A DNA stretch of 64,000 bases, from assembly GCF_009914755.1 (NCBI RefSeq), contig NC_060932.1. One strand, given 5' to 3'. The translations under genes were made by a program, and so were the position numbers. The notes under the pieces are model-generated. The model did not search any database, was not told where the DNA came from, and saw only the letters and a program-made list of their open reading frames with translations. This stretch comes from the human T2T-CHM13v2.0 reference genome, Homo sapiens. Of the stretch, positions 1 through 14,100 are shown piece by piece (the first letter of the stretch is position 1; each line of letters opens with the position of its first letter).

Positions 1-444
1 AAATTCCTACATTTCAATAATTACATTAAGCACCCCAATCTTGAAACTATCATGTGCCTTTGTCAATTTTCAACACCTTTATTGAGATTTTAACTGACAT
101 GCAAAATCATCACTCACTGCAAAAGTACAATTCAATGATTTTTCGTAAATATTACAGAGTTATGCAATTATCACCAGAATCCAATTTTAGAACACTGCCA
201 TCTCCCCAAAAAGATAATTCCCACCCCTACTCTCACCCTTTGGCCATCATTGATATGCTTTTCAGCTCCAAGAATTTGCCTTTTCTGAATATTTTATATC
301 AATGGTGACATATAATATGTAGGCTTTTTTATTGGTTTCTTCCAGGTAGCCTAATATTTTTGAAGTTCAGCCATATTTTTGCATCTATCAGTAGTCCATT
401 GCTTTCTGTTGCTTGATAGTATTCTATTGTATGGGTACACAACT

Positions 445-745
445 TTTTTTTTCTTTTTTTTTTTTTTAAGATGGTATCTTACTCTGTTGTCCATGCTGGA
501 GTGCAGTGGCACAATCACGGCTCACTGCAGAATTGACCTCTCAAGCGCAAGCTCCCACCTCAGCCTCTAGAGTAGCTGCAACTACAGGGGCTTGCCACCA
601 CACCTAGCTATTTTTTTTTCCTCTTTGTAGAGATGGGGTCTCACTACATTGCCTAGGCTGATCTCAAACTCCTGGATTCAAGCAACCTTCCTGCCTTGTC
701 CTCCCAAAGTGTTGGGATTACAGGAGTGAGCCACTGCACCCAGCC
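445..745 (-). mobile_element. AluJ-like
   Basis: Poly-T followed by a diverged antisense Alu dimer. Confidence 0.9.
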
Positions 746-830
746 TACGACATTTTGTAATGCACTCACCGCTTGGTACACATTTAAATTGTTTCCAGTT
801 TGGGTCTATCATGAATAAGGATGCTATTAA

Positions 831-1170
<340 letters not shown>

Positions 1171-1611
1171 TCTCACATATATATCTTTGTATGGACATAT
1201 GCTTTTACTTTTCTTGGGTGGATTCCTAGCAGTGAAATTGTTGTGTTGTATGGTAAGTTCATGTTTAACATTTTAAGAAATTGTCAAACTCTTTTCCAAA
1301 GCAGCTGCACCATTTGCATTCCCACCAGTGTATGTGAGGCTTCCATATTTTCCACTTCCTTGCCATCCCTTGGTATGGATTGCTGTATTCTCTATAGCCT
1401 TGTCACTTGGTTTTTATGATAAGTGATGCTCTTGATTGTCGGGTTTCTCTCTGAAAGGCCATTCACACTCCTCACAGTTGGGGAGGGAGGAGGAGGCAAG
1501 GATATCAAAGATATCTTTATTGAGGCAGAGCTAGATTAGAGAATGTGGCTTAGATTTGGGGCAAGTAGATAAGGTTTCTAATAATGTCTCCTCTGAGCAA
1601 AAATTACTCAC

Positions 1612-1683
1612 CGCAGCCTGCAGGCTTCCCTCCCTTTCTCCTGCCACCATGCAGACGAGTCCCAGCCTCCCCAATGAAACCAC
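1612..1683 (-). other. Candidate 72-nt exon
   Basis: Minus strand: acceptor cttcctgcttatctcctctccaag| and donor GCG|gtgagt; open in phase 0 (VVSLGRLGLVCMVAGEREGSLQAA). Confidence 0.35.
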
Positions 1684-1911
1684 CTTGGAGAGGAGATAAG
1701 CAGGAAGCCATGAGAGCAGGCAGCAAAGAGCCAGGCCTCGAGGTCCAGGTAAGCATCATAACCAGTAGATACCAGGGAGCAGATGAGAGTCAAACGCCGG
1801 CTTCTCCCTGCTCACAGAAATCAATTCATACGTGGAAAGCAGTGCCCAAGGCTTAACTTGTTCCTCAGTTAGAGTTCTCCTTGGGGGATTGGAGCAGCAA
1901 TCCCCACTTAC

Positions 1912-2013
1912 AAACATCAGCAATGAGGAAAGGAATCCCCACCAAGTTTGTGGCCATGACATTTTTTGCTCAAACACATTTGTAAACCTTTCTTCCCCAT
2001 TTTCTAACCACAT
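1912..2013 (-). other. Candidate upstream exon (3' part) with in-frame ATGs at 2013 and 1962
   Basis: Donor TTT|gtaagt at 1912/1911, phase 0; reads MWLENGEERFTNVFEQKMSWPQTWWGFLSSLLMF; no repeat recognised here. Confidence 0.3.
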
Positions 2014-2236
2014 TAACGTTGATACCAATACCTATGTGTACATGGAATTTAGCGCCATAGAAAACGCTGCTGCCTGAGTAATCTTGCTCCAGGCTTGCAG
2101 AGGACGCTGATCTCTGAAGGCTGCAACAGCCTGCAAGTAACAAAGCCGAGTAGCAGAGCTGAAGCTGAGTGTCTGTGGCTGCAAGTGTGGGCCCTGCCCT
2201 CGCATCCTCACTGCTCAGCCTCAAAGCAGAACCCAT

Positions 2237-2520
2237 CTTTTTTTTTTTGACAGAGTCTTGCTCTGTCGTCCAGGCAATGGTGCAGTGGTGAAATCTTGGC
2301 TCACTGCAACCTCCCCTTCTCGGGTTCAAGCGATTCTCCCACCTCAGCCTCCTGAGTAGCTGGAATTACAGGCTTGCGCCATCATGCCCGGCTAATTTTT
2401 GTACTTTTAGTAGAGACGGGGTTTTGCCATGTTGGCCAGACTGGTCTCGAACTGCTGACCTCAGATGATCCACCCGCCTTGGCCTCCCAAAGTACTGGGA
2501 TTACAGGCGTGAGCCCGGCC
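2237..2520 (-). mobile_element. AluS
   Basis: Antisense Alu; TSD agcagaacc(c/t)(a/g)tcttt. Confidence 0.95.
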
Positions 2521-2957
2521 AGCAGAACCTGTCTTTAGGAGACTCACAAAATTGCCCTGCGTGACTGCTTACTTTCTAAAAGAGAATGCAGTATTTGAAA
2601 TACAGAATCACAAATTAAATCAATATTAGTAAAAATAAAGCAATACTAATATAGGCACTACCAAAATTAGCAGATTGTTTTCACAGTGCCGGAGTCAATA
2701 GAAATGTACACTTTTTTTTTTTGCCTTATATACAAATGTGCTGTTTCGCTTCACACCAATGATCTGAATGAAAATGACTTCCTTGATAACTGCAACTGTG
2801 CTACTGCCTTGTAATTACTCTGTAACTCAGAGCTCCTTAACAGCAGGGAAACACACACCAAATAATGATTCTCAACTCTTCCAGAATTCCTCCCTTGTGG
2901 TCATGCTTGCAGTTGTCTGATTTGTACCTTAGTAGTATCATCTTACATGTTCTAATA

Positions 2958-3200
2958 AAGTGTTCCCAAACCATGCTCTCTGTAACACTAGAGTTCAGCA
3001 AGTTAGTACTAGATGTTCTGTAAAAAAGAAAAAAAAAATTGTGACCAAATAATTTCAGAAAACATAGGTTAAAACAAATTTAAACAGATTCTTTAAGGAT
3101 TTTCTGAGTCTTTATTATTCCAGTGAACATGTGGATTTTCAAGGGGACTAGCATATTCATTGTTTCCCAAATGTATTCATTTCAGAATTTTTAAAAAATT
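2958..3200. mobile_element. hAT-Charlie MITE fragment (MER103-like)
   Basis: agtgttcccaaac...ttaaaacaaattt resembles MER103. Confidence 0.45.
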
Positions 3201-3504
3201 AATATATCGTGGGGTATTTTTTAACATATTAATATATTGCAAGGTATTCTCTTTGTACTTGTATTCCCATCTTTGAATATGCAGCCATATTGAGATATTG
3301 ACATTAATTTGCCTGAAAAAAAAAACTGCATAGAGCCACTAAGTATGGTGGAAAGTGTTTGAGGGTTGAATGTGATAAAGCAAAGATATTAATCAGTTAT
3401 CTTGAAGACTACAAAGCTTGTTTACTTCCACATTATGAATTTATGGTAAGAATAGCCATTGTCAAAAATACTCAGACCATTTATTGACTATTAAAGATGA
3501 GTCA

Positions 3505-3699
<195 letters not shown>

Positions 3700-3729
3700 T
3701 CAAGCTTCCTTATATCCTCTAAGATAGAA

Positions 3730-3870
3730 ACCATTACCCTTAATTTACCAGAAACAAGGCTTAAATAATTGAAGTAATTTTCCCAAGATCGTTCAGCTAG
3801 TAAAAGTTGCAAAGCTATGATCCAAAGCAAAGTTTGTACAAATCTGTATCCCAACTATTCTCTGTACTTC
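3730..3870 (-). mobile_element. MIR fragment
   Basis: gaaacaaggct...aagtaatttt cccaagatc...cagctagtaa. Confidence 0.6.
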
Positions 3871-3978
3871 TCTATTCTAAAATGTAATCTCTACTTCGAG
3901 TGATTTAATATTCTGTGACTATTAGAGATTTGATTGATAAGGATTATGACCATATAGAATTTAGAACTTTTGAAATAA

Positions 3979-4332
<354 letters not shown>

Positions 4333-4340
4333 TAGTTTTC

Positions 4341-4641
<301 letters not shown>

Positions 4642-4871
4642 AACTTAGTTTTCTTTTTCCAGGCTTTGGCAATTAATTTTCACAAAGTCCTTGAGAAATT
4701 ATAATTTTCTGGAAACAAAATAGAAACACTGTAAATACATTTAATATAGTAACACTTGATAATTCTGCTGGAAAACAAAAACACTCCTAAATGTGAAAAA
4801 CAAGCTGTGGAGTGCAGCTATAAATTCCTTCATATCAGATTCTAGTACCAGATGCTGTGAGAAAAGATTTA

Positions 4872-4874
<3 letters not shown>

Positions 4875-4918
<44 letters not shown>
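4875..4918. repeat. (GT)22 microsatellite
   Basis: Perfect dinucleotide run. Confidence 0.98.
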
Positions 4919-4920
<2 letters not shown>

Positions 4921-5214
4921 TGTTACTTGGAGAAAGATCAAATTAAAATGGAGAATGGAGGAGGTCTTTTTATAGTCTCCTCATTTGCACTCCAAGTTAG
5001 GAAATGGCTGTATAAAGAGATGATCTCCAAGAACCTTTATAGGACTGATGTGGCTTGACCAAGACAAATACAAATAAAGAGTGGACAGTGGAGTCATGGC
5101 TTAGGGTGTGACAGCAGCCTCTAGTACTTGAAGAATTATACTTTGATGAGAGATTAAGGTTTTGTATCACCGGGAGGAACAATCCTGATGAATGGGTTGT
5201 GAAGGGGTCAGTCC

Positions 5215-5460
5215 ACCAAGGTGGTTAAGCCTGAACCTGGAGTCCAGCAGCTCAAACTCACATGCCAGCTCACTCCTCAGTAGTTATGGGAGGTTGGACA
5301 TGGTAGTCAATTTCTTTCAGCTTCATTTCTTCATCTTTGTTCTAAGGAAACTCATACTAACCTCATAGGGTTATTGTAAAAAAAAAATGAGATAACATTT
5401 GTAGCGTGCTCGGTCCATTGCCTGGTGCTCCGTAAAAACACTGTAAGTGGTAGTAATAAC
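5215..5460 (+). mobile_element. MIR
   Basis: cagcttcatttcttcatct...acctcatagggttattgt...atgagataa...tgcctgg. Confidence 0.75.
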
Positions 5461-5768
5461 AACACAGTCATTGGGAGTCAGACTGTGGCTGAAGATAAGT
5501 TAGAACTTCCTAAAAGAAGGAGGTAACTTATTCTGGAAGTGCTAAAATTTAACTGGGATTGTCTCCAGTTAAGGAAATTAGAGAGACAATTTAAGATTGC
5601 AGATGGGCTTGCTGCATTCCCCTGACCCCTATCTCCTTTGTCTCTCAGCTGGTGGCTTGCTCATGCTGAGTCACCTCTGCATTTTCAGAACAGATGACGG
5701 AACATGAAGTGATATGGGTGTTAGCTTCTCACCTGGCCACCGTGAGGCCAGATGACAAAATCCGCAAG

Positions 5769-5825
5769 TGTAGGAGTTAGTCCTCTAACTCCTACATTGT
5801 TCAAAGGAGTGACCTTTGAACAATG
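5769..5825. repeat. Two abutting perfect inverted repeats (12-bp and 13-bp stems)
   Basis: tgtaggagttag-tcct-ctaactcctaca and cattgttcaaagg-agtga-cctttgaacaatg. Confidence 0.95.
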
Positions 5826-5843
5826 AGAAATGGAACATAGAAG

Positions 5844-6329
5844 TGATGGGGGACAGGTGATCCCCCCAGATTGGGGCTTAGCCTGGGAGGGTTCTTAGCT
5901 TCACCCAGGAAGAAATTCAAGGACAAACCAGTGGTGTTAGACGGTACCTTTTATTGAAGCAACAGTGTACAGCAGTAGCAGAGGGACTGCTCCTTGCAGA
6001 GCAGGGCTCCCCCATAGGTAATGTGCCCAGAGTAACAGCTCAGAGGCAGTTCTGCAGGCATATTTACACCTACTTTTAATTGTATGCAAACCAAGGGAAG
6101 AATTATGCAGAAATTTCTAGAAAAAGGGTGGTAATTTCTGGGTCATCAGGTCTTTGCCAGGGAAAGGGGCAGTAACTTCTGAGTGCCATGGCAATGGTAA
6201 ACTGACATGGCACACCAGTGGGTGTGTCTTAAGAAGAAGTGCCTTCACCTTTTCCCTTTTTTGGCTAGTTCTCAATCTGTTCTTGTGTCTGAACCCTGCC
6301 TCCAAAGTCAAGTCCCACTTCCTACCTCA
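5844..6329 (-). mobile_element. ERV1-class solo LTR (MER66-like)
   Basis: TG...CA ends, 4-bp TSD gaag, antisense AATAAA near 5950. Confidence 0.8.
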
Positions 6330-6601
6330 GAAGGAGCTGGGCAAATACACCTCTCCCTCCTTTCATTCTGCTGTGGACTGCTCCAGAGTCCTGCATGAGG
6401 ATAGGCTGGTTGAAAGGCTGTCTGTAATTTGCAGATGACTGTGGCGTATTGTAACACACAGTGTATTGTCTCATGTTCCTTTGCTTCACTTTGTCTTTTC
6501 CTCACCTCACCATTCTGGCTGTGCACCTCTCAGATAAACATTCAAAGCTGAAGCCTTGAGTCTGGCTCATCTTCGAAAAATAAAATAAAATAAATTTAAA
6601 A

Positions 6602-6984
<383 letters not shown>

Positions 6985-7449
6985 TTATCTCATTAGACAG
7001 GATGCCACACAGAAAATCAACTGATTTACCTAGGATTTCTCTACCTCTTTGAACTAAGTGAATCATGTTTTCATGATATTAGGCATTAACATAATACCTT
7101 TGGGGCCAAGTGGCCTCTTCTTTCATACAAAGTGTGATACTGCTATAGGGAACATTAATCTTATGCAGGCCAGGGTGCTGATTATTCTTGAAAAAATAGT
7201 ATCTGGTGATTTTTGCCTTTTCTGCTACTTTGTTTTACCCTAGTACACTGTGACACCTCCCACTTGTAGTCAGGAAATAGTAAATGATGTGCTGCCTGTG
7301 TTGAAGATGTGACTGGAGTCACCATTTTATAGATTTGAAGCTTCAAGGGTTAGGGGCTAAAATCATAGTTTTTGTTTGTTTGTTTGTTTTTGTAGTTAGG
7401 AATAACTGAGAGCTGAGAGTACAGTTGTTTGTGCATTTTCTATAATATG

Positions 7450-9250
7450 TGCCCTTTGTGACTTAATGTTTATTGATCTGTTACTCACTAGACTCTGTGA
7501 CAGGTGCTGGAGTTAAAACGATAAACTGGATAAACATGGTCCCTACCTCTGTGTAACTTACAGTGTGGTGGAGGAGATGGTGAAAAATACAATGACATAA
7601 ACAAAATGAATAAAATAAAAATGGTGACACATGCAATGAAGAAAAAAACGAGATCAGGGCACTGGGAAAGAGAAACAGAGGGAAACCTGCTGTGGAGGAT
7701 AGTCAGGGAAGTCCTGTCTTAGATGGCAACATATAAACCCAGCCCTGCAAGAAGCAAAGAAGCTGGCAGTATGCAGAGTGGCCATGGAGTGCTGAAGGGG
7801 ACCAAGGAACCCATCTAGGGCAGGAAAGAGGCCATCCAGGTGGGCATTGGCATTGCGTTCTGTGAGCTGGGGTTTTTTTTGTCTTTTTTCTTTTTTTTTT
7901 TTTTTTGTGAGATGGAGTCTTGCTCTGTCGCCCAGGCTGGAGTGCAATGGCGCAATCTCAGCTCATTGCAACCTTCGCTTCCCAGGTTCAAGGGATTCTT
8001 CTGCTTCAGCCTCCTGAGTAGCTGGGATTACAGGCATGTGCTACCATGCCAGGCTAATTTTTGTATTTTTAGTAGAGACGGGGTTTCACCATGTTGGCCA
8101 GGCTGGTCTGGAACTCCTGACCTCAGGTGATCCACCCGCCTCAGCTTCCCAAAGTGTTGGTATTATAGATGTGAGCCACCACGCCCAGCTGAGCTGGGGT
8201 TTCAATTTATGTACAACCAGAAGCTGCTTGAGGATTTGAAGGAGGGAATTAACACATGCTTTAGTTTAGGTACTATGAATTTTACTCTGGTTTCTGTGTG
8301 AAAACTGATTTGAGTAAGGGGGAGACCAGTTAGTAAGTTGTTGACATTATTACAAACCCTATAATGAGAAGTGACCTACACCAGTGAATGGGAGAGAGAG
8401 TGGTAGATGATTCCAGATATGTTTTAAGGGGAAAATCGACAGGATTTACTGATTGGTTGGATATAATGGGTAACAAAAGATAGGGATCAAGATAGATCAC
8501 TAGACTTTGACCTGAGATATTAGGAGGATGGTGGGAAAGATTGGGGAAGAAGGGTATGCTTAGAGGGGAAAAAAATCATTCCAATTTGAATGTTTACAGA
8601 GATATCTAAATAAAAAAGTCAAGCAAGCAGTCAAACATGTAAGTCTGGACTTCAGAGGAGTGTTCTGGGCTAAAATGATAAATTTACGAGGCATCTGACA
8701 TAGTTGATATTTAAGACATAAGATAAGAAGAAACCACCTATGAGGAATGTGTAGAGAGAAAAGAGCACCAAGGGTCTAATCCTGAAGAAAGCTGGCAAAG
8801 AAGATTAAGGGGGATCAACCAGGTAGGAGGAAATAACCAGAGAGGGTAGAGCCCAGGAGCTGAGGGAGAGAGTGTTGCTGGAGTGGGGCTGGGCAGCTGT
8901 GTTGGATGCTACTGAAAGGTTGCCCAAGATAAAGGCAGAGAAGTTCCCTGCACAGAGTGACAGGGAAGCCAATGAGCTTGGCAAGGCTGGGTGGTGTGAT
9001 CAAGGCTGGAACGAGACTGGATTTCCTCAGAGGAAAGGTGAGCCAAGGAGGCCAAGTCAGCGTATGTGTAGACAGAAGACATTTCGGTGGTGCCTGGACA
9101 AAGGATCAAGAGATGGTTTCCACACTGGCAAGGAGTAATCTTGGAGACAGGAAGAGACTGGTGATTCAAGAGAGAGTAGACAGAAGAAGGCGCTGTCTGG
9201 GGGAGACAGGTAGAGAGATGTACCAAACTACAGATAATGAGATTGTCCCT
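7450..9250 (-). mobile_element. L2 remnant interrupted by an Alu
   Basis: tttattga...ctctgtgacaggtgctgg...catggtccctacctc; acaggatttactgattggttggat. Confidence 0.65.
7872..8188 (-). mobile_element. AluS
   Basis: Antisense Alu; TSD tgagctggggttt. Confidence 0.95.
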
Positions 9251-9262
9251 GGGTATTAGGAG

Positions 9263-9698
9263 TGTGTTAGTTTTGCTGGGGCTGTCATAATCAGGTACCC
9301 AAACTGGGTAACAGGGATAACAAAAAAGAACTGTGTCATGGTTCTGGAGGCTGAAGGTCCAAGATCAAGGCGTTGGTGGGGTTGGTTCTTTCTGAGGGCC
9401 GCGAGGGAAGCATCTGTGCAGGCTTCATCCCTCAACTTGTAGGTGGCGTCTTCTCCCAGGTCCTCACATCGCCTCCCCTTTGTGTGTGTCTGTGCCCACA
9501 TTTCCTCTTCTTGTAAGGACACCAGTCACATTGGAGTAGAGCCTACCCTCATGACCTCATTTTAACTTTACATCTTTAAAGACCCTGTCTCCAAATACAG
9601 CCCCATTCTGAGTTACTGGGAGTTAAGAATTTCAACATATGAATTTGGTGGCTGGGGATGTTGGGGGTGGGTGAGAGGATATAATACATCCTGTAACA
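9263..9698 (-). mobile_element. MaLR MLT1 solo LTR
   Basis: tgtgttagttttgctggggctgtcataa...ttctggaggctgaaggtccaagatcaagg...tttcaacatatgaattt. Confidence 0.85.
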
Positions 9699-11989
9699 AG
9701 GAAAAACATTTCTTCTCCTGTAACTGAATGAGAAAGGGTTGGGGAAGGCAGCGCTAGGTGTTCAGATTGGCGGTGAAAGATAGAAAGGTGCCTAATTTCA
9801 TGGCTTCTAGTCTCAATGCGACAACTATGGGTAAAAGATTAGAAAAGAAAAAAAGTTTGAAACAGTTGCCTGGGGAAATGGCAGCATTATATTACTAAAG
9901 AAACACAGTAGGATTCCTGGGCAGCAATAAGGGCCCATTTCAGTTTTGTGGTCATGAAGTTAAAGTGAAACCATTCAGCTCGGTTTGTAATTTCCTGTAG
10001 CAACACGCAGCTGCTCTGGAAGGCAGAAGGAAGCAGATGGGATTGTACCAGGCAAGCGTCACTCACCACTAGAAATTAAAATAGTGTGCAATTGTGAGAG
10101 AGGTTTAAAATAACACAAGCATTTAGATAGAAGCTATCACTCTTTTTCCCAAATATTAACTGTTGCCAATTGCACCTCTGTCTGTTTCTGTTCCTCTCTG
10201 AGCTTAAACAAATCAACTTGCATTAAGTCTTTTCTTAGAATCTGAGACTTTCTGCGGTCCATGTCACGTGTCTGGGTTTCAGACTACCTGAACCTGATAA
10301 GCAGGACCCTCTAGACTAGAGTCAGGGGTGTCCACAAGCAAGCCCTGAGGGAGGACAAAAGTTTGCCTGAGGCCAGAAGGTCAAACCAAATTCCTCCCTG
10401 GTGAAGAACTTGCGATTCATTTACTTTCACATTTCCTTATAGCTGGGGAGCTAGGAAAAGGTCACTACTTTTTGTGTTCACAGCCTAAAGTGAACTTTTA
10501 TTTATTCAGTCAGCAAGTAGTGTTCTGTGTGCTCACTGTGTGCAGGTGCCATTCTCTTCAGTGTTAGTGAACAAGAAAATGTCTGCATATAAAGTTTGGT
10601 AGTGGAGATGGAAAGGATCACAAAACTAAACAAAATCGTAATTTTGTTTTAGACAGGGATAATGCTGTGAAGAAACAAAAGCATAGTAGAAAGTTAGGGA
10701 AGGTTGCATAAGCTCATGAGATAGGGTGATTGCATGAGCTCATGAAGGGTTGCATTTGGGCAGAGCATGATGAAAGCCAGAGAAAAACACACTTTAGATC
10801 TGGAATGTTGCTCTTTGCAGTAAATTTTTGCTAAGTTGCAGATTAAATGATGATAAATCTGCCTCGTGAGGGATTCTACTTCCTAAAACACAGTAGTTTG
10901 TATACAAAGTTTGATTTACCATTGCTTTGATTATAAACATGCAACAATGTAAAAAAGTTCTATTATAAAATTATTAGTGAGTACAGAATTATTTCCAATG
11001 TATCAAATGGTTCCTCTATGATTTGAAATCTTAGTGGATGACTAGTGTTCATAAAATGTTAATAGAAACCTTGAAGCCACTTGGATTCTTGATTTTCATG
11101 GACAACTGAGAGACACCAAAATAGTGCTCCTTAAATCATTACAACTGCAAAATAGGATTTAGTACATAGTCGACTCTTGTAACATAGAAGATATTTCCAT
11201 AACACAGCATTATCACATGACCTTTTTCCAAATATAAATTCACTTCTCTGCCAGGTTTATGACATGATAGCTAAACAACTTTGGTATTAAACCCAGTGGA
11301 GACAGTGGGAGAGAGAAATAAGGAATGCTCCCATGCATATGACATATTATGTAGATGTGTGTATTCATGTCTAAGATTTCTATACTTCTACTTATTCAAG
11401 AAATCTAGAAATACATAAGAGAGTAGATTTGCATTAAGTAATTTCCAACTATGTTACTTCCTTTAGGTGGTGGCTTTTATAGGGCAGTATTTGGCATCTG
11501 GTTATTTGTCACATAGTTGAAAATATGCTGTTGACACAATCTCAATCATGAGCAACACCCACCAGGAATGGTGAGCTCTGGAGGTGTCTCAGAATCCCAG
11601 TGGACCCTCAGCCTCCTTTTTCTCCAGTAAACGACTGGGAAGAAAATCAACTGCTCAGTCAGAGGTGACTTAGGGAGATTGTAAGGTAATACCAGGCAAA
11701 CAGTTGGTCTTTCAATCACTGGTTCAGTATGCTTTTCTCTACAGAAGGTATAAGTATTCCATGTCTTGCTCTCTCACTCCTAGTCAACAGCTGAAATATG
11801 TGGCAATCATTTAGGCTATTAGCTATTATTTACCAAAGGTGAATGGAGTTAATTTTATCTTCAAAAGTGTTTAAGACTGGAATCATTGAGGACAATGAAG
11901 CTAACATTAGACATATGCCATCCCAGACTCCTTTATTTACCTAAAAGTTAATAATAAGACTATAGCAACATCCTAGCAGTCTTTGCTTT

Positions 11990-14100
11990 TTTTTAAATAA
12001 CAACTTTATTGTGATGTAACTCATATGCTGCAAAATCTACTCTTTTAAGATGTACAATTTAGTAGTTTTAAGTATATTCACAGATATAGTCTATTCATAG
12101 CATATTAACAGTATATTCTAATTTTAGACATTTTATAATACCTCAAAAGAAACTTCATGCCCATTTTCTCCTGCCAGCCTCTGGCAACCTTTCTGTCTAT
12201 ATTAATTTACCTATTCCTTATTAAATTACTTTCTTGTCTATAATTATTTCTTCCTGATTGATTCTTTAATTATTAAAAATATCCTTTATTTCTAGAAACA
12301 ATTTTTGTCTAAAGATCATTTTGTGTAATGTTAATATAGCCACTCCATCTTTAGTTTGGTTACTATTCTCTTACAAGATCTTTTTCTAGATTTAGTTTCA
12401 ACCAATTTGTGTCTTTGATCCTCAAGTGTATCTCTTGTAGACAGCATACAGTTGGAGCATTTTTTTCTTTTTTAAAACATATTTTGCCAGTCTCTCCCTT
12501 TTTATTATAATGTTTAATCAATTTACATTTAACATAATTACCAGTGAGGTAAGATTTACTTCTAGAATTTGGCTATGTAATTTCCTCACCTGTTACATCC
12601 TGTTGGTTTCTCTTGTTTGTTAGATAGGTGTTTCCTATTGTATCATTTTACTATAATTTCTACTTCTTGATTGACTTCTTACTATCTATTTTACTCACTA
12701 CTTTAGATTTTACTTCTTGTTTCTTTTACTATATTTTTTGGAGTTATTTTCTCAGTGGTGCCCTAGAGATTACAACTAGCATCCTAATTTTAAAAATCTT
12801 AATTTCGGTAGTATACAAAAACTTCACACAAAAATAACACTCTTTCCTTCCCCATGTCCTTTGTGCTATGATTGTCATTCAAATTACCTTATACATGACA
12901 GGCTCATCAATACATTTTAAAAATTATTGCTATATGCAATTTTCTTTTAAATCAGATTGGAGAAGAAAACAGTTATATGTGTATTGTCTTTTATATTTGC
13001 CTGTGTGGCTATCTGTATCAACCCTCTTTATTTCTTCATGTGGATTTGAATCACTGTCTAATGTCCTTCATTTCAGCCTGAAGGGCTTCCTTTAGTATTT
13101 CTCGTACAGCAGGGCTGCTGGTGATAAATTTTCCTTTGTTTTTCTGGGAGTATCTTAATTTCTTCTACATTTTGAAGAATAGTCTTGCTGCATACAGAAA
13201 TTTTGGTTGGCGGTTGTTCTCTTTCAGCACTTTTACATATGCCGTCCCACTGTCTTCTGGCTTCTGTAGTTTTGGATGATAAATCAACTGTTAATCTCAT
13301 TGAGAATCACTTGTATATAATGTATCATTTTTCTCTTGCTGCTTTCAAGGTTCTATTTTTGTCTTTGTCTTTTAGCAGTTTGACTATGGTGCAGTTTGAC
13401 TATAATGTAAATTTATTTAAATTTATCCTATTTGGGGTTTATAGAGTTTCTTAGTTGTCTAGATAAATGTTTTACATGATTTCTCTAAAATTTAATAATA
13501 AAATAATAACATAAATTTCAGCTTTATTTCTCTAAATATTCTTTTTGCCTCCCTTTCTTCTCCCTCCCCTTTCTAAGGAACTCCGTTACATGTATGTTGG
13601 CATATTTGATGGTGTTACACAGGTTTCTGAGGCTCTCTTTATTTTCTTCATTCTTATTCTTTGTCTTCCTCAGTTTGATTATCTTCAACTCCTTGGATTA
13701 TCTTCAACTTTTATGAGTCTTCTGCCATTCAGGTCTGCTGCTGAGTCTTTTCAGTGAATTTTTTCTTTCAATTATTATACTTCTCAACTCCAGAATTTCT
13801 ATTTGGTTAATTTCTACAATTTCTCTCTGTTTTTTGGTATGCTTCATCTCGTAAGGCAACATTGTCATGTATTATTTCTTGAGGAATTGTATTCTTTAGT
13901 TCTTTGATGTATTTATAATAGCAGATTTAAAGTCTTTTAGCAGTAAAGTGCTATATCAGTACTATATCAGCAATAAAGTACAGTATCTGAGCTTCCTTGG
14001 AAAAAGTTTCTATTAATTGCATTTTTTCCTATGCACAGGCCATACTTTCCTGTTTCTTTGCACATGTCATAAAATTTTTGTTGAAAAGTGAACACGTAAA
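11990..14100 (-). mobile_element. Old L1M antisense segments (3' end, then ORF1/ORF2 region)
   Basis: Antisense L1 motifs (gtagacagcatacagttgg; ttctcttgctgctttcaag; ttctcaactccagaatttctatttgg); resumes near 21050. Confidence 0.8.

Noticed and set aside
1740-1755. Plus-strand donor CAG|gtaagc
   Set aside because: No convincing matched acceptor or frame; single sites are common by chance.
11612-11755. Plus-strand acceptor cctcctttttctccag with nearby possible donors
   Set aside because: Isolated, with ambiguous donors, no partner exon and no recognisable peptide.
13375-13975. Several 10-14 bp direct duplications in the old L1M
   Set aside because: Ordinary slippage-type micro-duplications.
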